Origin: an uncultured delta proteobacterium
GTDB lineage: Bacteria > Myxococcota_A > Polyangia > Palsa-1104
NCBI GenBank assembly: GCA_963785725.1
Contig: CAWAWS010000002.1
Coordinates: forward strand, 224,001-288,000
DNA: 64,000 nucleotides
Direction: 5' to 3'
A model generated the notes under the pieces. It did no database searches and was not told the DNA's origin. It saw nothing but the letters and a program-made list of their open reading frames with translations. The translations under genes were made by a program, and so were the position numbers. Below, one piece after another: positions 1 through 10,828 of the stretch. The first letter of the stretch is position 1, and every line of letters begins with the position of its first letter.

Positions 1-2
1 GC

Positions 3-176
3 ATTCAGACGACCGGGCAGGAGCTGCAGGTCACAATCTCGCTCGGCGTCGCCGGCTGGAGCCGCGAGACCGGCGGCGATCCGACGACGCTGCTCGTCGA
101 CGCCGATGCCGCGCTCTACAGCGCCAAGCGCGGCGGCCGCAACCGCGTCGTCGCGCACCGCCGTCCCGCACCTTGA
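3..176 (+). CDS. GGDEF diguanylate cyclase, C-terminal fragment (runs off the window start)
   Basis: Frame 3 reads IQTTGQELQVTISLGVAG...LLVDADAALYSAKRGGRNRVV, the typical GGDEF C-terminus (T-x-S-x-G, AD-x-ALY-x-AK-xx-GRN). Confidence 0.85.
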   Translation: MQTTGQELQVTISLGVAGWSRETGGDPTTLLVDADAALYSAKRGGRNRVVAHRRPAP

Positions 177-227
177 GTCAACAGCCGTTTACATTACTCG
201 ACGGCAGCTAAGTAAACAGCCGTTTAC
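177..227. repeat. Two copies of palindrome GT(A/C)AAC-AGCC-GTTTAC
   Basis: gtcaacagccgtttac at 177-192 and gtaaacagccgtttac at 212-227, between convergent genes. Confidence 0.75.
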
Positions 228-955
228 TCCAGCTGGAAGTTCGACGTCACCACCGCGATGACGTCCTTGTCGAGCGACGACGTGTCGTTGTTGCCTTCCG
301 ACGACGTCTCCGTCGAATCGGCCGGGTTGATCTGCATGACGCCCATGCGCGCCGACCGGAGCGGACCGAGCCGCGCGCCCGTCGCCTGCGCGATCTGCTC
401 GGCGCGCTCGCGCGTGTCCTTGGCCGCCTCGTGCAGCATCTGAATCTTCAGCTCGCCCAGCTTCGTGTAGTGATATTCGGGCGCTGCCGACTCGAGCATG
501 ATGCCTTGGTTGATGAGCTCGGTCGCTGCGCGCGACACCTCGCTCACGCGCGTCACGTCGTTCGAGCGCACTTCGATCGCCTGCGCCATCGTGTAGCCGC
601 TCACGGCGTCCTCGCGCTCGCGCCCTTCGTTGTCGCGCGGATGCAGCGTCTTGACCACGATCGAATCGACCTGGATGGCGTCGGCGGCGATGCCCTTTTG
701 CTTCAGGTAGTCGACGACCTTGGGCACGGCTTGGGCCAGCGACTTGTACGCGCCCTGCATCGTGTCGCCTTTGTAGCTCACCGTCGCCGACCAGACGATC
801 AAATCGGAGCGGATGCGCCGCTTGGCCGAGCCGGTGACGGCGATGGTCTGGTCGTCGCTCTTGACGCGCACCAACGCACGCGCGCCGATGGCCGTGGCAC
901 CGACGAGACCGCAGGCGAGCGCGATTCCGAGGCCGAGTCGTCCGTAGCGATCCAT
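224..955 (-). CDS. SIMPL (DUF541) domain protein
   Basis: 243 aa with N-terminal TM, TIAVTGSA...SDL, A..D.R.RAE.IA...G..LG.L pattern; GGAGG upstream. Confidence 0.85.
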   Translation of the reverse strand: MDRYGRLGLGIALACGLVGATAIGARALVRVKSDDQTIAVTGSAKRRIRSDLIVWSATVSYKGDTMQGAYKSLAQAVPKVVDYLKQKGIAADAIQVDSIVVKTLHPRDNEGREREDAVSGYTMAQAIEVRSNDVTRVSEVSRAATELINQGIMLESAAPEYHYTKLGELKIQMLHEAAKDTRERAEQIAQATGARLGPLRSARMGVMQINPADSTETSSEGNNDTSSLDKDVIAVVTSNFQLE

Positions 956-1023
956 GCACCCCTCCGCTCGGGTAATACGAGCGGCGCGCCAGAACCTTCC
1001 GGACTATTTTCGCGATCTTGGAA

Positions 1024-2676
1024 TTAGGAGGCGGTTTTGCAGACGACCGGCTTCGGCATCGGCAGCGTGATGCGCGGATGCGCGGCGTCGAACCAGGGCG
1101 CCGTGCGCAGCTCGTGCTCGCCCTTCTTCAGCCGCTCCTTGAGCGAGGCGGCGATGATGTCGCGCAGCGGGTCGCTCTCCAAGAACACCGGATGGCGATT
1201 GGCGACGGTGGGGGCGAAGTCGTCGCCGCCGTTGGCCAAGAAGTCGGACGTGCCGATGTGCAGCGGCGTCGTCGGGGCGATGACCTGGCCGTCATCGCGG
1301 GCGAGCTCGATGGCGAGCGCGCCGGCCTCGCACTTGGCGTGCACCTGAATGCCGGAGACCGACAGGATGCCCTTGTCGTGCGCGAAGTTGCGGCGCAAGA
1401 GCTCGCTCAGCTCGGCGGCGGTGAGCGTCATCGTCGCCAAGCGATTGTCGAAGGGGAACGACTCGAAGATGGCACCGTAAGTGAGCGGGCCGGCGGGCAG
1501 GTCGGCGCGCAGACCGCCGCCGTTGGTGAGGCCGACGTCGGTCGAGGTGGCGGCGCGGATGATGTCGGCGGCGAAGTTGCCGAGCGGCGACTCGGCTTTG
1601 TAGGCGCGCCTGAGCGGCGCCGGCAGCGTCACGCCGATGGCCGCCGCGCGCAGACCGGCCGCCTCCGCCAGATCGCCGGCGATGGCGGCGCTGACGGCCG
1701 CGACGGGCACCGTGTCCTTCTTGACCGGCTCGGGCGGGTGCGCGACGAAATGGCCCGTCGGATGGCCGGCGCCGTCGACCTCGAGCTCCAGCTTGGAGAA
1801 CGCACGGCCGATGTCGTAGGCCTGCAGAATCGGAATGCCGGCGACGACGTTGTTGACGCCCTGATGCGTGTGGCCGCCGAAGATGGCGTCGACGCGACCG
1901 CCTTGGCCGCGCGCGGCGGCGTCGTGGAGGTAGCGCGCCAAGCGGAAGCTGTCGGCGTCGGGCTCGCAGCTCTTGGCGTTGTCGGCGGGCGCGGCCTCGG
2001 TCACGACCGCGAGTTGGCTGCAGTTGCCGCCCGCGTGCACGACGGCGACGACGACGGTGGCGCCGGCGGCGCGCGCCTCTTGCGCGGCTTTGGCGACGGC
2101 CGGAGCGAGCGGCGCGATGCGCAGCCCGACGAGGTTGCGCGGATTGGTCGTACGCGGCGTGTCCTCCGCCGTGCCGCCGACGATGCCGACCTTGACGTGA
2201 TCGACGTCGAGGATGACCCACGGCTTGGCGAACGTCTTGCCCGTCTTGGCGTCGAAGATGTTGGACGACAGGAACGGAAAGTGCGCCTCCGATTCGCGCG
2301 CTTCCAAGGCGCCGCGCGCGTCTTCGCCGGGCGTCTTCGGCGCTTCGTGCGGGCCGACCGGGCCGTAGTCGAACTCGTGATTGCCGACGGCGACCGCGTC
2401 GTAGCGAACGGCGTTGAGCGCGTGCACCATCGCCGCGCCTTCGTGCAAGTTGGAGACGAGCGTGCCTTGGAACAGGTCGCCGCCGTCGAGCAGCACGACG
2501 CGACCGGGATTGCGCTGCCGCTCGTCCTCGACGTAGCGCGCCAACAGCGGCACCTGCTCGATGTGACCGTGCTGATCCGACGTGCCCAAAAAGACGAGCG
2601 TTCGCGTGCCCGTCGTGGGTGCAGCGAGCGCAGGCGTCGCCAGAAACAGCGTCAACAGAGCGGCTTTGGTGGACAT
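1024..2676 (-). CDS. Secreted 5'-nucleotidase / UDP-sugar hydrolase
   Basis: Signal peptide; metallophosphoesterase motifs SDQHG, LDGGD, GNHEFD, GGHTH; C-terminal NGGGLR and PFDN. Confidence 0.92.
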   Translation of the reverse strand: MSTKAALLTLFLATPALAAPTTGTRTLVFLGTSDQHGHIEQVPLLARYVEDERQRNPGRVVLLDGGDLFQGTLVSNLHEGAAMVHALNAVRYDAVAVGNHEFDYGPVGPHEAPKTPGEDARGALEARESEAHFPFLSSNIFDAKTGKTFAKPWVILDVDHVKVGIVGGTAEDTPRTTNPRNLVGLRIAPLAPAVAKAAQEARAAGATVVVAVVHAGGNCSQLAVVTEAAPADNAKSCEPDADSFRLARYLHDAAARGQGGRVDAIFGGHTHQGVNNVVAGIPILQAYDIGRAFSKLELEVDGAGHPTGHFVAHPPEPVKKDTVPVAAVSAAIAGDLAEAAGLRAAAIGVTLPAPLRRAYKAESPLGNFAADIIRAATSTDVGLTNGGGLRADLPAGPLTYGAIFESFPFDNRLATMTLTAAELSELLRRNFAHDKGILSVSGIQVHAKCEAGALAIELARDDGQVIAPTTPLHIGTSDFLANGGDDFAPTVANRHPVFLESDPLRDIIAASLKERLKKGEHELRTAPWFDAAHPRITLPMPKPVVCKTAS

Positions 2677-2898
2677 GACGCGCGCAGCATATGCCGGATT
2701 TCAGCGCGCGCCGCGAGCCCCGGCTATTTTCACCAAGTTTTCACAATGACCGGCGGTGGCGCATGCTTACGGCGCCAAGGCGTCGATGAGCGGCAGGCGC
2801 GGCGATGCTGGCGCTGCGCACGCGACGACGGGCGGGCGCGCGCATCCGCTCGTAGCGAGGCAGCCCAGGAGACGAGCAGCGTGCTAACTTTGCGCTTC

Positions 2899-4250
2899 AT
2901 GAAACGGCTCCTCGTCGCCGCTCTCTTCGTCGCCGGCTGTGGTGGCACTTCGTCGGCAGTGTACCCGCCGCGGCCGCCGGCCGTCCCCGGTCTCGCCGTC
3001 TCCGATCCGGCGCCGTCGAAGGTGGTCGTGCACGCGACGATCACCTCGGCCGGCCTGCAGCACGCGCTCGATCAGCAGATTCCGCGCTCGGGTTCGGGCG
3101 CCTTCCACGCCGTCGGCAGCGATCATCGCTACATCTGGAGTCGCAAGCCGCTCGAATTGGCGTTCGCGCAAGGTCGCGTCAACGTGCACGCGCATGTCGA
3201 TGCCACCGTCGAAGCGCTGGGCACGACGATGGACTTCCCGCTCGATCTCGACATCGCCGCCGAGCCGGTGGTCTCGTCCGACTATCGCGCGCGGCTGCAG
3301 GCGCCGCAGGTGCAAGTGACGTCGCCCGATCCGCGCTTGCGCATGGCGCAGTCGATCGGCGGCGCGCTCGACAGCATTCGGGCGCAGCTGGAGACGCAGG
3401 TGCGCACGTTCGTCTACGACTTGCGGCCCATCATCGCCGGAGACGCACGATCGCATCGCGCGGCCGATCGATCTGCCGCTCGGCGGCGCGCGCGGCTGCG
3501 CGACCTTGACGCGTGCTCGGCGTCGAGGCCGGCCCGACGGTGCTCGCCGACGGCATCGAGAAAGATCTGGCGGTGGTCGTGGCGCCGTCGGTGACGCTGC
3601 CGTGCGTCTATCCCGACCAGGCGCAAGAGCTGCCGCCCTTGGCCAACGTGGCGACGCTGCCGACGGGGCCGTTCACCGTGAACGTGCCGGTGGCGGCGCG
3701 CTACGAGGAGCTGCAGAAAGCGATGGTGCTCGCCTTCACCGACGGCAAGCTCTACTTCTCCAAGGAGTTTCCGCAGCTGTACATGGAGAAGCCGGAGGTG
3801 TACGCGGCCAAGGATCAGCTGGTCTTGAAGCTGCACATCGTCGGGCCCATCGACAAATACGGCATCCACACCAAGCTCGACGGCGACCTGTTCATGGTCG
3901 GCCATCCGACGGTGGTCGACAACGAGGTGCGCGTGCCCGATCTCGAGCCGACGATCGAGACGCAGAGCTTCCTCTTGCGGCTCAAAGCGGCGCTCGACGG
4001 CGACTCGATCCGCGATCAAGCGCGCGACGCCCTGCACCTCGACATCGGCGATCGCCTGGCCGAGGTGCGCAAGAAGCTCTCGTCGGACCTGAGCTTCGGC
4101 GACACGCAGGGCTGCCTGCGCGCCACCGTCTCGCGCATCGAGATCACCGGCGTGCACGCGCATCCGACCTATCTGCGCGTCTACGTCGCCTTGACCGGCC
4201 AAGCCTCGGTCTATCTGCCCTGCCCGACCACCGCCGTCAGCACGCCGTAA
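2899..4250 (+). CDS. DUF4403-like lipoprotein (frame broken at about 3440-3512)
   Basis: MKRLLVAALFVAGC lipobox at 2899; coding-like frame to about 3440, continuing in ORF 3513-4250. Family assignment is tentative. Confidence 0.6.
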
Positions 4251-4265
4251 CGGCTCGTCGCGCCA

Positions 4266-5439
4266 TCAATTCGGCGACGGATAATTGCGCGCGACGTAGC
4301 AGAGGCCGTCGGAGTTGAGGTGGCCCTGCGTCGACTGATCGTAGTCCATGTAGTCGTGATAGTCGCGCATGACCTGGCTCGGATCGCCGGTCGGGCTGTA
4401 CTGGATGCCGAGGCTGTCGAAGCCCATCTGCGGGTTCTGATTGGGCGGCGATGTAGCTCGGCATCGCAGGCGCGCCACGGCAGCGGATTGCCCGCCGGAT
4501 CGACGAACGCCTGATAATCCACGCCCGTCGTGTCGTCGAGGCTCACGAGATAGCAGCCGTCCGGCTGCAGCTTGGCCAGCGACGCCAGCTGATCGAAGTG
4601 CGCCGGCGTGTCGTGCACGAAGCTCTCCCAGAACGGATGGTCGGTGTGAAAGGTGACCTGCGCGATGGTCTGCGTGTTGTCTTTGACCTGCACGCCGCGC
4701 TCGTGATCCTCGCCGCCGATTCCCAGCGCCGGATCGTTGTCGGGGTTCTGGCAGTTCGCGTAGGTCGTCGGCGTGGCGAAGCCGAAGCGGAAGTTGACCG
4801 TCGTGCGGAATCGCCGAGAAGTCGTAGGAGGCCGGCCCGGTCGACTTGCAGGTCGACGCCCGCCGCGTCGCCCTTCCAGGTCGCCGTGCCGACGTAGAGG
4901 ACGTTCCAGCCGTTCTGCACCATCTCGGCGTAGTCGGCGTCGCCGGCGTCGATTTGCAGCAGCTTGGCCGACGCCGTCGCCGGCACCGACTGGAAGCCGA
5001 ACGCGTAGCGCACCGACGAGTCGAAGGCCGCGCCGCCGTTCAGGTTCTGGTTGGCGATCGCCTCGATGGGAAAGGCCTGCTCGTCGCTGCCGCCTTTGCC
5101 GCTGAGCGGTCCGCCTTGTGCAGGTCGATCGCCCACGGTCCGTCGATCTCGGCCACCTTCTTGCCCGTCAGCGACTGATCGGTCGCCGACAAGTCCGGGC
5201 GTCTCCGACAGCGTCACCTTGTCGAAGACGGCGATGAACTTCGTGAAGTGCACCTCCCAGCCGTCGACGAAGTCGGCGTCGCCGGCGTTCACCGGCGGGA
5301 AGGCATAGCCGCCGAGCGCCAGCACCTCGCCCGACGCCGTGAACTGCACGGTGCCGCCGCCGCTCTTCGTCGCCGCGCCGTTACCGCCACATCCTGCCGT
5401 CGCTACTGCCAGGGCCGCTACGATCCATGAAACGCGCAT
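4266..5439 (-). CDS. Lipoprotein associated with the TonB-dependent receptor (several indels)
   Basis: MRVSWIVAALAVATAGC lipobox; protein-like segments across ORFs 4543-5463, 4211-4693 and 4266-4478 (FVDGWEVHF, DHPFWESFVHD, QGHLNSDGLC). Confidence 0.7.
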
Positions 5440-5459
5440 CGCTGTTGCTCCTCTTTCGT

Positions 5460-6331
5460 TCACTGCGGGTTGGACACGTCGAACTGATAGACCCGAAGGT
5501 CCGGCTTGCCCGGTGGCGGCGGCCCTGCGTTGGAGGTGAAGCCGCTGAACAGCTGCAAGCCGAAGACGCTCGAGTCGTTGGGGATGGTCAGCGTCGTCGT
5601 CGCGCCGGTCGGCGCCCAGGTCTCGAAGTCGACGCTGTTGAAGATGTTGGCGAGGTTGACGCGCATCGTGAGCGTGCCGCCGTTGTCAATGGTGACGCCG
5701 GTCGTGACGCCTTCTGCAACGAGCGGCGGGCGACGATGCGCTGAAGGCAGATCGGATGCTGGCCCGGCGTCGCCACGCTCGACGGCGCCTGCGCGTGATT
5801 GCTGCCGATGGTGACGAGGCCGGTGAACGGCCACGACAGCCCATCTTTTTCGGCGGTGCCGGCGACTTGCAGGAGCGGCGTCTCGTCGTCGGCGGCGTTG
5901 ATGTCGCCGCCGCTCAGCCACACGTCGGCGGTGAAGGCTTGGTTGAGCGTGCCGTCGCCGGGCGTGGGAAACGGCACCAGCGCGCCCGACAAGAGGTCGA
6001 GCGTCGACGCCGCAGCTGTTGGTGCTGGCGCAGGCGCCGAAGACTTCGTCGACGTAGACGCCGGGCAAGATGCACGGCTGCGTCCGGGCTGCCCGAGCGA
6101 CGGGACGAGCTGGTTGAAGTAGACGGCGCCGACGTGGAAGCGCGCCTCGGTCAGCGCAGATGTCGTAGCCGTTCCCGCTCGTGAACGAGAACGGCTGCGC
6201 CGGCGACGACGCCTGCCGGGCCCGCCGGCGCGCGCCGCGAACGTAGACCAGGCCGCTGCCGGTCGTGCCGTTGCAGCCGGCCACAGCGCGACGGCGCCCA
6301 CAAGTAAACAAGCGTTTACAACGCGCCTCAT
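5460..6331 (-). CDS. Second receptor-associated lipoprotein (several indels)
   Basis: MRRVVNACLLVGAVAL...AGCNGTTG; ATGA overlap with the receptor stop; segments PCILPGVYVDEV, HPICLQR and NIFNSVDF in alternating frames. Confidence 0.65.
6304..6319. repeat. Third copy of the GTAAAC-N4-GTTTAC palindrome
   Basis: gtaaacaagcgtttac inside the 5' end of the lipoprotein CDS. Confidence 0.6.
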
Positions 6332-8987
6332 CGGCGATCTCCGTAGTGAAGCGACGAGCGACCACAAGAACGTCAGCGGCGCGCCGGCGGTGAAGGCGCG
6401 CGCCGGCACCAGCGTCGGCTGCGTCTGCGAGTGGAAGTCGGAGGCGTAGTTGTATTCGCCGAGCCGATACTTCGTGTCGAGCAGGTTCTGCGCCGCGATG
6501 CCCGTCTCGACGAACCACCAGCGCAAGCGTGACGCCGGCGTCGACGGTGAAGATGGTCTGCGAGCGCTCGCCATAGGGCAGCGGGCGCGGGCCGACGTAG
6601 GTGACGCCGAGCGCGCAGCGAGCGCGAACAGCGCGTGCTCGTGCCAGCGCGTCCAGCGCCACGGCAGCGTGCCGAAGAGCGCGCCGTCGCCGCGCAAGCA
6701 CCAGGTCGGGCACGTAAGGGACGAGGAGGCTCGTGCCTTGCGTAGGTCGCGCGCACCCACGTCAGGTTGGCGCCGACGTCGTAGAAGCGGCCGATCGGCG
6801 CGCAAGCGTCGAGGCGGAGCCGATGCGCGTGGTCGGACCGTCGAGCTGCACGCTGTCCCGACGTCGGCTGGAAGATGAGATCGTGGTCGACGTTGGTGTT
6901 GAAGACGACCGAGCTGAGCGACAGGTCGATGGCGCCTCGCGGAAGCGGTTGCGCGTAGCTGAGGCCGCCTTCGTACGAGCCGTGATGTGCGCGAACGGCG
7001 TCTTGGCGTCCTGCGTGATGTAGATGGGATCGATCGAGCGCACGCCCTCGCCCGCCGACGCCGGTGCGCGAGAGGCCCCAAAACGGCCCGACGAGGACGC
7101 TGCCGCGCGGCATGTAGGCCAGCGACGCCGTCGACGCGCGCTGCGTCGGCTCGCGGTAGGCGCCCATGTTCTCCTCGCTCAGGCAGCTCTGGCCGTAGAG
7201 CGGCTCGGTCGGGTTCGGGATGCTCGACCGTCCTGCACGGCGCAGTTGTTCTGCACGTCGAACGTGAAGAGATCGCCGCGCACGCCGCCGCGCAGCGCCA
7301 GCCAGCGCACCGGCCGCAGGTTGACGTCGGCGTAGAGGCCGATGTCGCCGAGCCGGAAAGTCGTTGTCGACGTCGGTTTGGTACGGGTGGCCGGTCGCCG
7401 CTTCGATGCGCTGCTGGATGCCGGAGCCGAAGTCGCCGCGCGCGAAGTAGCCGATCTCGATCTCCTGCAGCTGCTTGAGGACGACGCCCGACAGCCGCGC
7501 CGAGCCGCGCAGACCGACGGTCTCCTCCATGATGTTGAGGTCGACGAGATCGCCGCGCTGGCCGTGCGACGGCTGCAGCGGGCTCTGCACGTCGAGCAGA
7601 AAGCCGGTGAAGTTCTCGCGCAGACGCAGCGGCCGCACGATGCCGAAGACCAGGTTCTCGGTGCGAACGTGCTCGCCCTTGTGCGACACCGCGACGCCGA
7701 CCGAGTAGCGCTGCGCGTCCTCGCCCTGCAGCGGATCTTCGGTGCAGTAGAAGCAGACGCGGCCGGAGCGATAGTCGTCGTCGCGCACGACGCCGGCCGA
7801 GTGGAAGCTGGAGATGTACGCCTGCGCGAACAAGCCGGTAGCGCGTGGCGCCGCTGCCGCCTTCGTATTGCGCCATGGCCGAGCCGCGCTCGCCCGAGCG
7901 GTTCTGACCGTAGCCGGCGGTCTGAATAGAGCTCGACGGCGGCGAAGGTGCTCGTCGCTCATGTGCTGCGGGCCGTACAGGAGCAGCATGCGATTGGTGC
8001 CGTAGTTTCCCGTCGAGAACTTGGCCGTCAGCCCGCGCTCGGCGAGGCCGAGGTGGTAGTCGGCCGAGCCGGCGACGGCGTAGTTGCCCTGGCGCGGATC
8101 GAACGGCCCTTCGAGCACGCGCAGCGACTGGACGAGCTCGGGGATGATGAAGTGCAGGTCGGAGTAGCCGTTGCCGTGCAGGTTGCCCGACTCGTTGATG
8201 GGAATGCCGTCGACGGTGAACTCGATGTCCTGACCTTCGCGCGCGTCGAAGCCGCGCAAGAAGACCTGCTCGGCGTGGCCTTCGCCGCCTTCGTTGGTGA
8301 GCAGGATGCCGGGCGCGAGCTTGAGGAACTCGGCGGCGTTCGCCGCGCGGCACGAGCGCCAGCGCGCCGACGTCGACGTGGTAGTCGGAGGCGCCGCGGC
8401 TCGGTGGCGCCTTGATGTGCCCGGTGACGTCGGACGCGTAGGTGCGCTCCGCGCCGGGCAACGACGCGGCAGCTCGGGCGCGCCGGCGGCTCGGCGGCAG
8501 GCGCCGCGGTCGGCGGCGGCGGGCTGGCCGCGGCTCGGCGTCGGCGCGACGGGAGCGGAGCGGCCGGCGTCGGCGCGGCGTCGGGCGCGTGGCCGTGGCG
8601 AAAGTGGAACGGGATGCGCACCTGGCTCTCGATGGGCTTGCCGTTGCGCAGCGCCGGCGTGAACGTCCATTGCCGCGCCGCCGCCAACGCCGCGTCGTCG
8701 AACGGGTCGCCGGCGTGCTCGGCGACCTCGACGGCGGTGACCTCGCCATGCACGCCGACCGTCGCCAAGACGACGACGTCGGCTTCGCGCGCCTCGGCGT
8801 CGGCCGGGTATTCGGCTTTGACGCCGTGCACGACCGCGGGCGGCGTCAAGACGTCGGCCGCCTGCGCCGACGCGACGGCGGACCAGGCGACGACGAGCGC
8901 GACGACCGGCGCCCACGACAGGCGCACCCACTGCAACAACTGATCGACCGGCGCGCACGCCAATCTTGCGAGCGAACGAGACTGCAC
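6328..8987 (-). CDS. TonB-dependent outer-membrane receptor with fused N-terminal TonB C-terminal domain (multiple indels)
   Basis: GAGGAG then GTG at 8987; signal peptide; TonB_C-like YP...FDDAALAAARQWTFTPA...PFHF; plug PGILLTNEGGEGHAEQVFLRGFD...VDGIPIN...IIPE...VLEGPF; barrel end QNLLDTKY. Confidence 0.88.
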
Positions 8988-9205
8988 GGCGCAACTCCTC
9001 GCGAAGCAATCGCTCCGCGTTCAATGGCGAATCCGACTGTGGCAAGCGCGCACGGCGAAACGCGTGCACGAAACGGCCGCGACCGACGACGACGGTGGCG
9101 CGACGCAGGGCTGGTACCGCGCGCGTACGCCGTCGACGAGGGTCGACGTGCACGCGGCGCGCCCGAGCGTCAGCGCTTCACCTCAGGGCGAAGTCGGAGA
9201 CGGCG

Positions 9206-9637
9206 TTAGGAGGCGAGCGGCGGAGAGCTTTTGGGCGCGAGCGAGAGCAGAGCGATGGCGGGTGCGGGCGTGACGTGCGCGGCCAGGACGAAGGCGCGCG
9301 GGTCGGCGGTCGCCGGCGGCAGCACGCGAGCGTGCGACTCCGGCAGCGCGCGCTGGCGGCGGAACGCGGCCAGCGGGCAGTGCTCGTGGCCGTGGCCGGG
9401 CTCGCCCGACGCCGCGATGTGCGGCTCGGTGACCGGCTTGGCGTCGGCGACGGCCGGCGCGCCCGAGTCGCGCGCGACGTCAATCTGCTCGCCGTGCTCC
9501 AAGCAGGTGACGTGCTGGACCACCGCCAAGTGGGCGACGCTGCCCAGCTGCGCGACGAGCGACAGCGCGGCGATGAGCCCGGCGGCGAAGCGCGCGCGCG
9601 GTGCGTTGCGGCGGTTATGCAGGCTACCGAACAACAT
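9206..9637 (-). CDS. His/Cys-rich membrane-targeted small protein, DUF2946-like candidate regulatory uORF
   Basis: 143 aa: hydrophobic N-terminal segment, HLAVVQHVTCLEHGE, HGHEHCPL, C-terminal LAPKSSPPLAS; co-oriented 218 bp upstream of the receptor. Confidence 0.7.
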   Translation of the reverse strand: MLFGSLHNRRNAPRARFAAGLIAALSLVAQLGSVAHLAVVQHVTCLEHGEQIDVARDSGAPAVADAKPVTEPHIAASGEPGHGHEHCPLAAFRRQRALPESHARVLPPATADPRAFVLAAHVTPAPAIALLSLAPKSSPPLAS

Positions 9638-9705
9638 TCAGATCAGCATTCGGTCTACGCGATCGCAGACGCAGAAGTCAAGCCGACGCCTGCAACATCG
9701 TCGCG

Positions 9706-10731
9706 TCAGCGACGGCTGACTTGCACCGGCCGCCCCGCTTCCTTCTTGTGCAGCTTGGGCCGCTTGACGTCGAACGACGGCTTTTGGTTGGGATCGCAGT
9801 TGGGGGCAAAGCCGGCGGCGTTGAAGTGATACTCGAGGCTGCCGGCGCCGCGCCCTTTGACGTCGGCCTCGATGCGCACGTCGTGCTCACCGGCGCGCGC
9901 CGGCGAGCAGTAGCTGAACAGGTAGAACGACTTCGTGTACGCCTCGACGGCGGCCGCGATCTGGTCGAACGCCGCCTTGACCGCTTGCGGATCGCGCGAC
10001 GTCACCGAGCCGGCGCGACCGATGGCGCGCAATTCACCGGGATCGATCTCGGCGCCGACACCGATGACGAAGACGCCGATCTGCCCTTTGACGTCGTCGA
10101 GCGCCTTCATGAGATCCTCGCGCGACACCCGATGCGCGTGGTCGGTGCCGTCGGTGAAGACGACGAGCGTGCCGAACTTGAGCGGCTGCGGCGCGTGCTC
10201 CATCTGCTTGCCCAACACACCCAAGGCTTCGATGACGGCGCCGTTCAAGTTGGTCGACGGATCGCGCGGCTTGTAGTGCGCCAGGGCGTCGATGCCGCCT
10301 TTGACCGAGCCGCCGCCGGAGGTGAAGCCGACGATGGGATGAATCTCCTTCTCGCCGGCGAAGGCGTAGACGGCGACCTCTTGCGTCTTCGAGACGCGAT
10401 CGGTGAACTGCGAGGCCGCTTCGGTGAGCTGCCCGATGGCGCCCGAGCCGGTCACCGAGCCGGAGACGTCCATCAGCAAGAGCGTGTACTGCACGGCGGC
10501 GACTTCGGGGTTCAGGATCGTCTGCTTCGACTCGAAGGGCGAGACGAGCTTGCCGTCTTCGTAGACGTGGAACTGATCGGCGGCCAGGTTGGCGACGCCG
10601 ACGTCTTTGTGATCGACGACCGAGAAGTAGACGGCGACGTTGGACGGCTTGCGGACGCTGGCGTCGACGAGGCCGAGCTTGAGACCACAGCCGCACAAGA
10701 GCAGCGACGAGATGACGAGCGCGCGATTCAT
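9706..10731 (-). CDS. von Willebrand factor A domain lipoprotein
   Basis: LLLCGC lipobox; MIDAS motif LLMDVSGS, STNL, VVFTDG. Confidence 0.85.
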   Translation of the reverse strand: MNRALVISSLLLCGCGLKLGLVDASVRKPSNVAVYFSVVDHKDVGVANLAADQFHVYEDGKLVSPFESKQTILNPEVAAVQYTLLLMDVSGSVTGSGAIGQLTEAASQFTDRVSKTQEVAVYAFAGEKEIHPIVGFTSGGGSVKGGIDALAHYKPRDPSTNLNGAVIEALGVLGKQMEHAPQPLKFGTLVVFTDGTDHAHRVSREDLMKALDDVKGQIGVFVIGVGAEIDPGELRAIGRAGSVTSRDPQAVKAAFDQIAAAVEAYTKSFYLFSYCSPARAGEHDVRIEADVKGRGAGSLEYHFNAAGFAPNCDPNQKPSFDVKRPKLHKKEAGRPVQVSRR

Positions 10732-10828
10732 GGCGCCGACCGTAGCACGCAACCTCCGCGACGGATCAAGCGGCGCGCGATATGGCGAGGCCAAGCCACG
10801 CCCAGCTCCACCTAGCCCAGCGCAAATA

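Noticed and set aside
1018..3594. 858-aa plus-strand ORF and similar long antisense ORFs (21345-23978, 35683-37803, 40870-42663, 5' part of 26881-28914)
   Set aside because: Shadow frames of real genes caused by high GC and stop-codon scarcity; Arg/Ala-rich with no motifs. Only the 2899-3440 and 26881-27558 portions are real.
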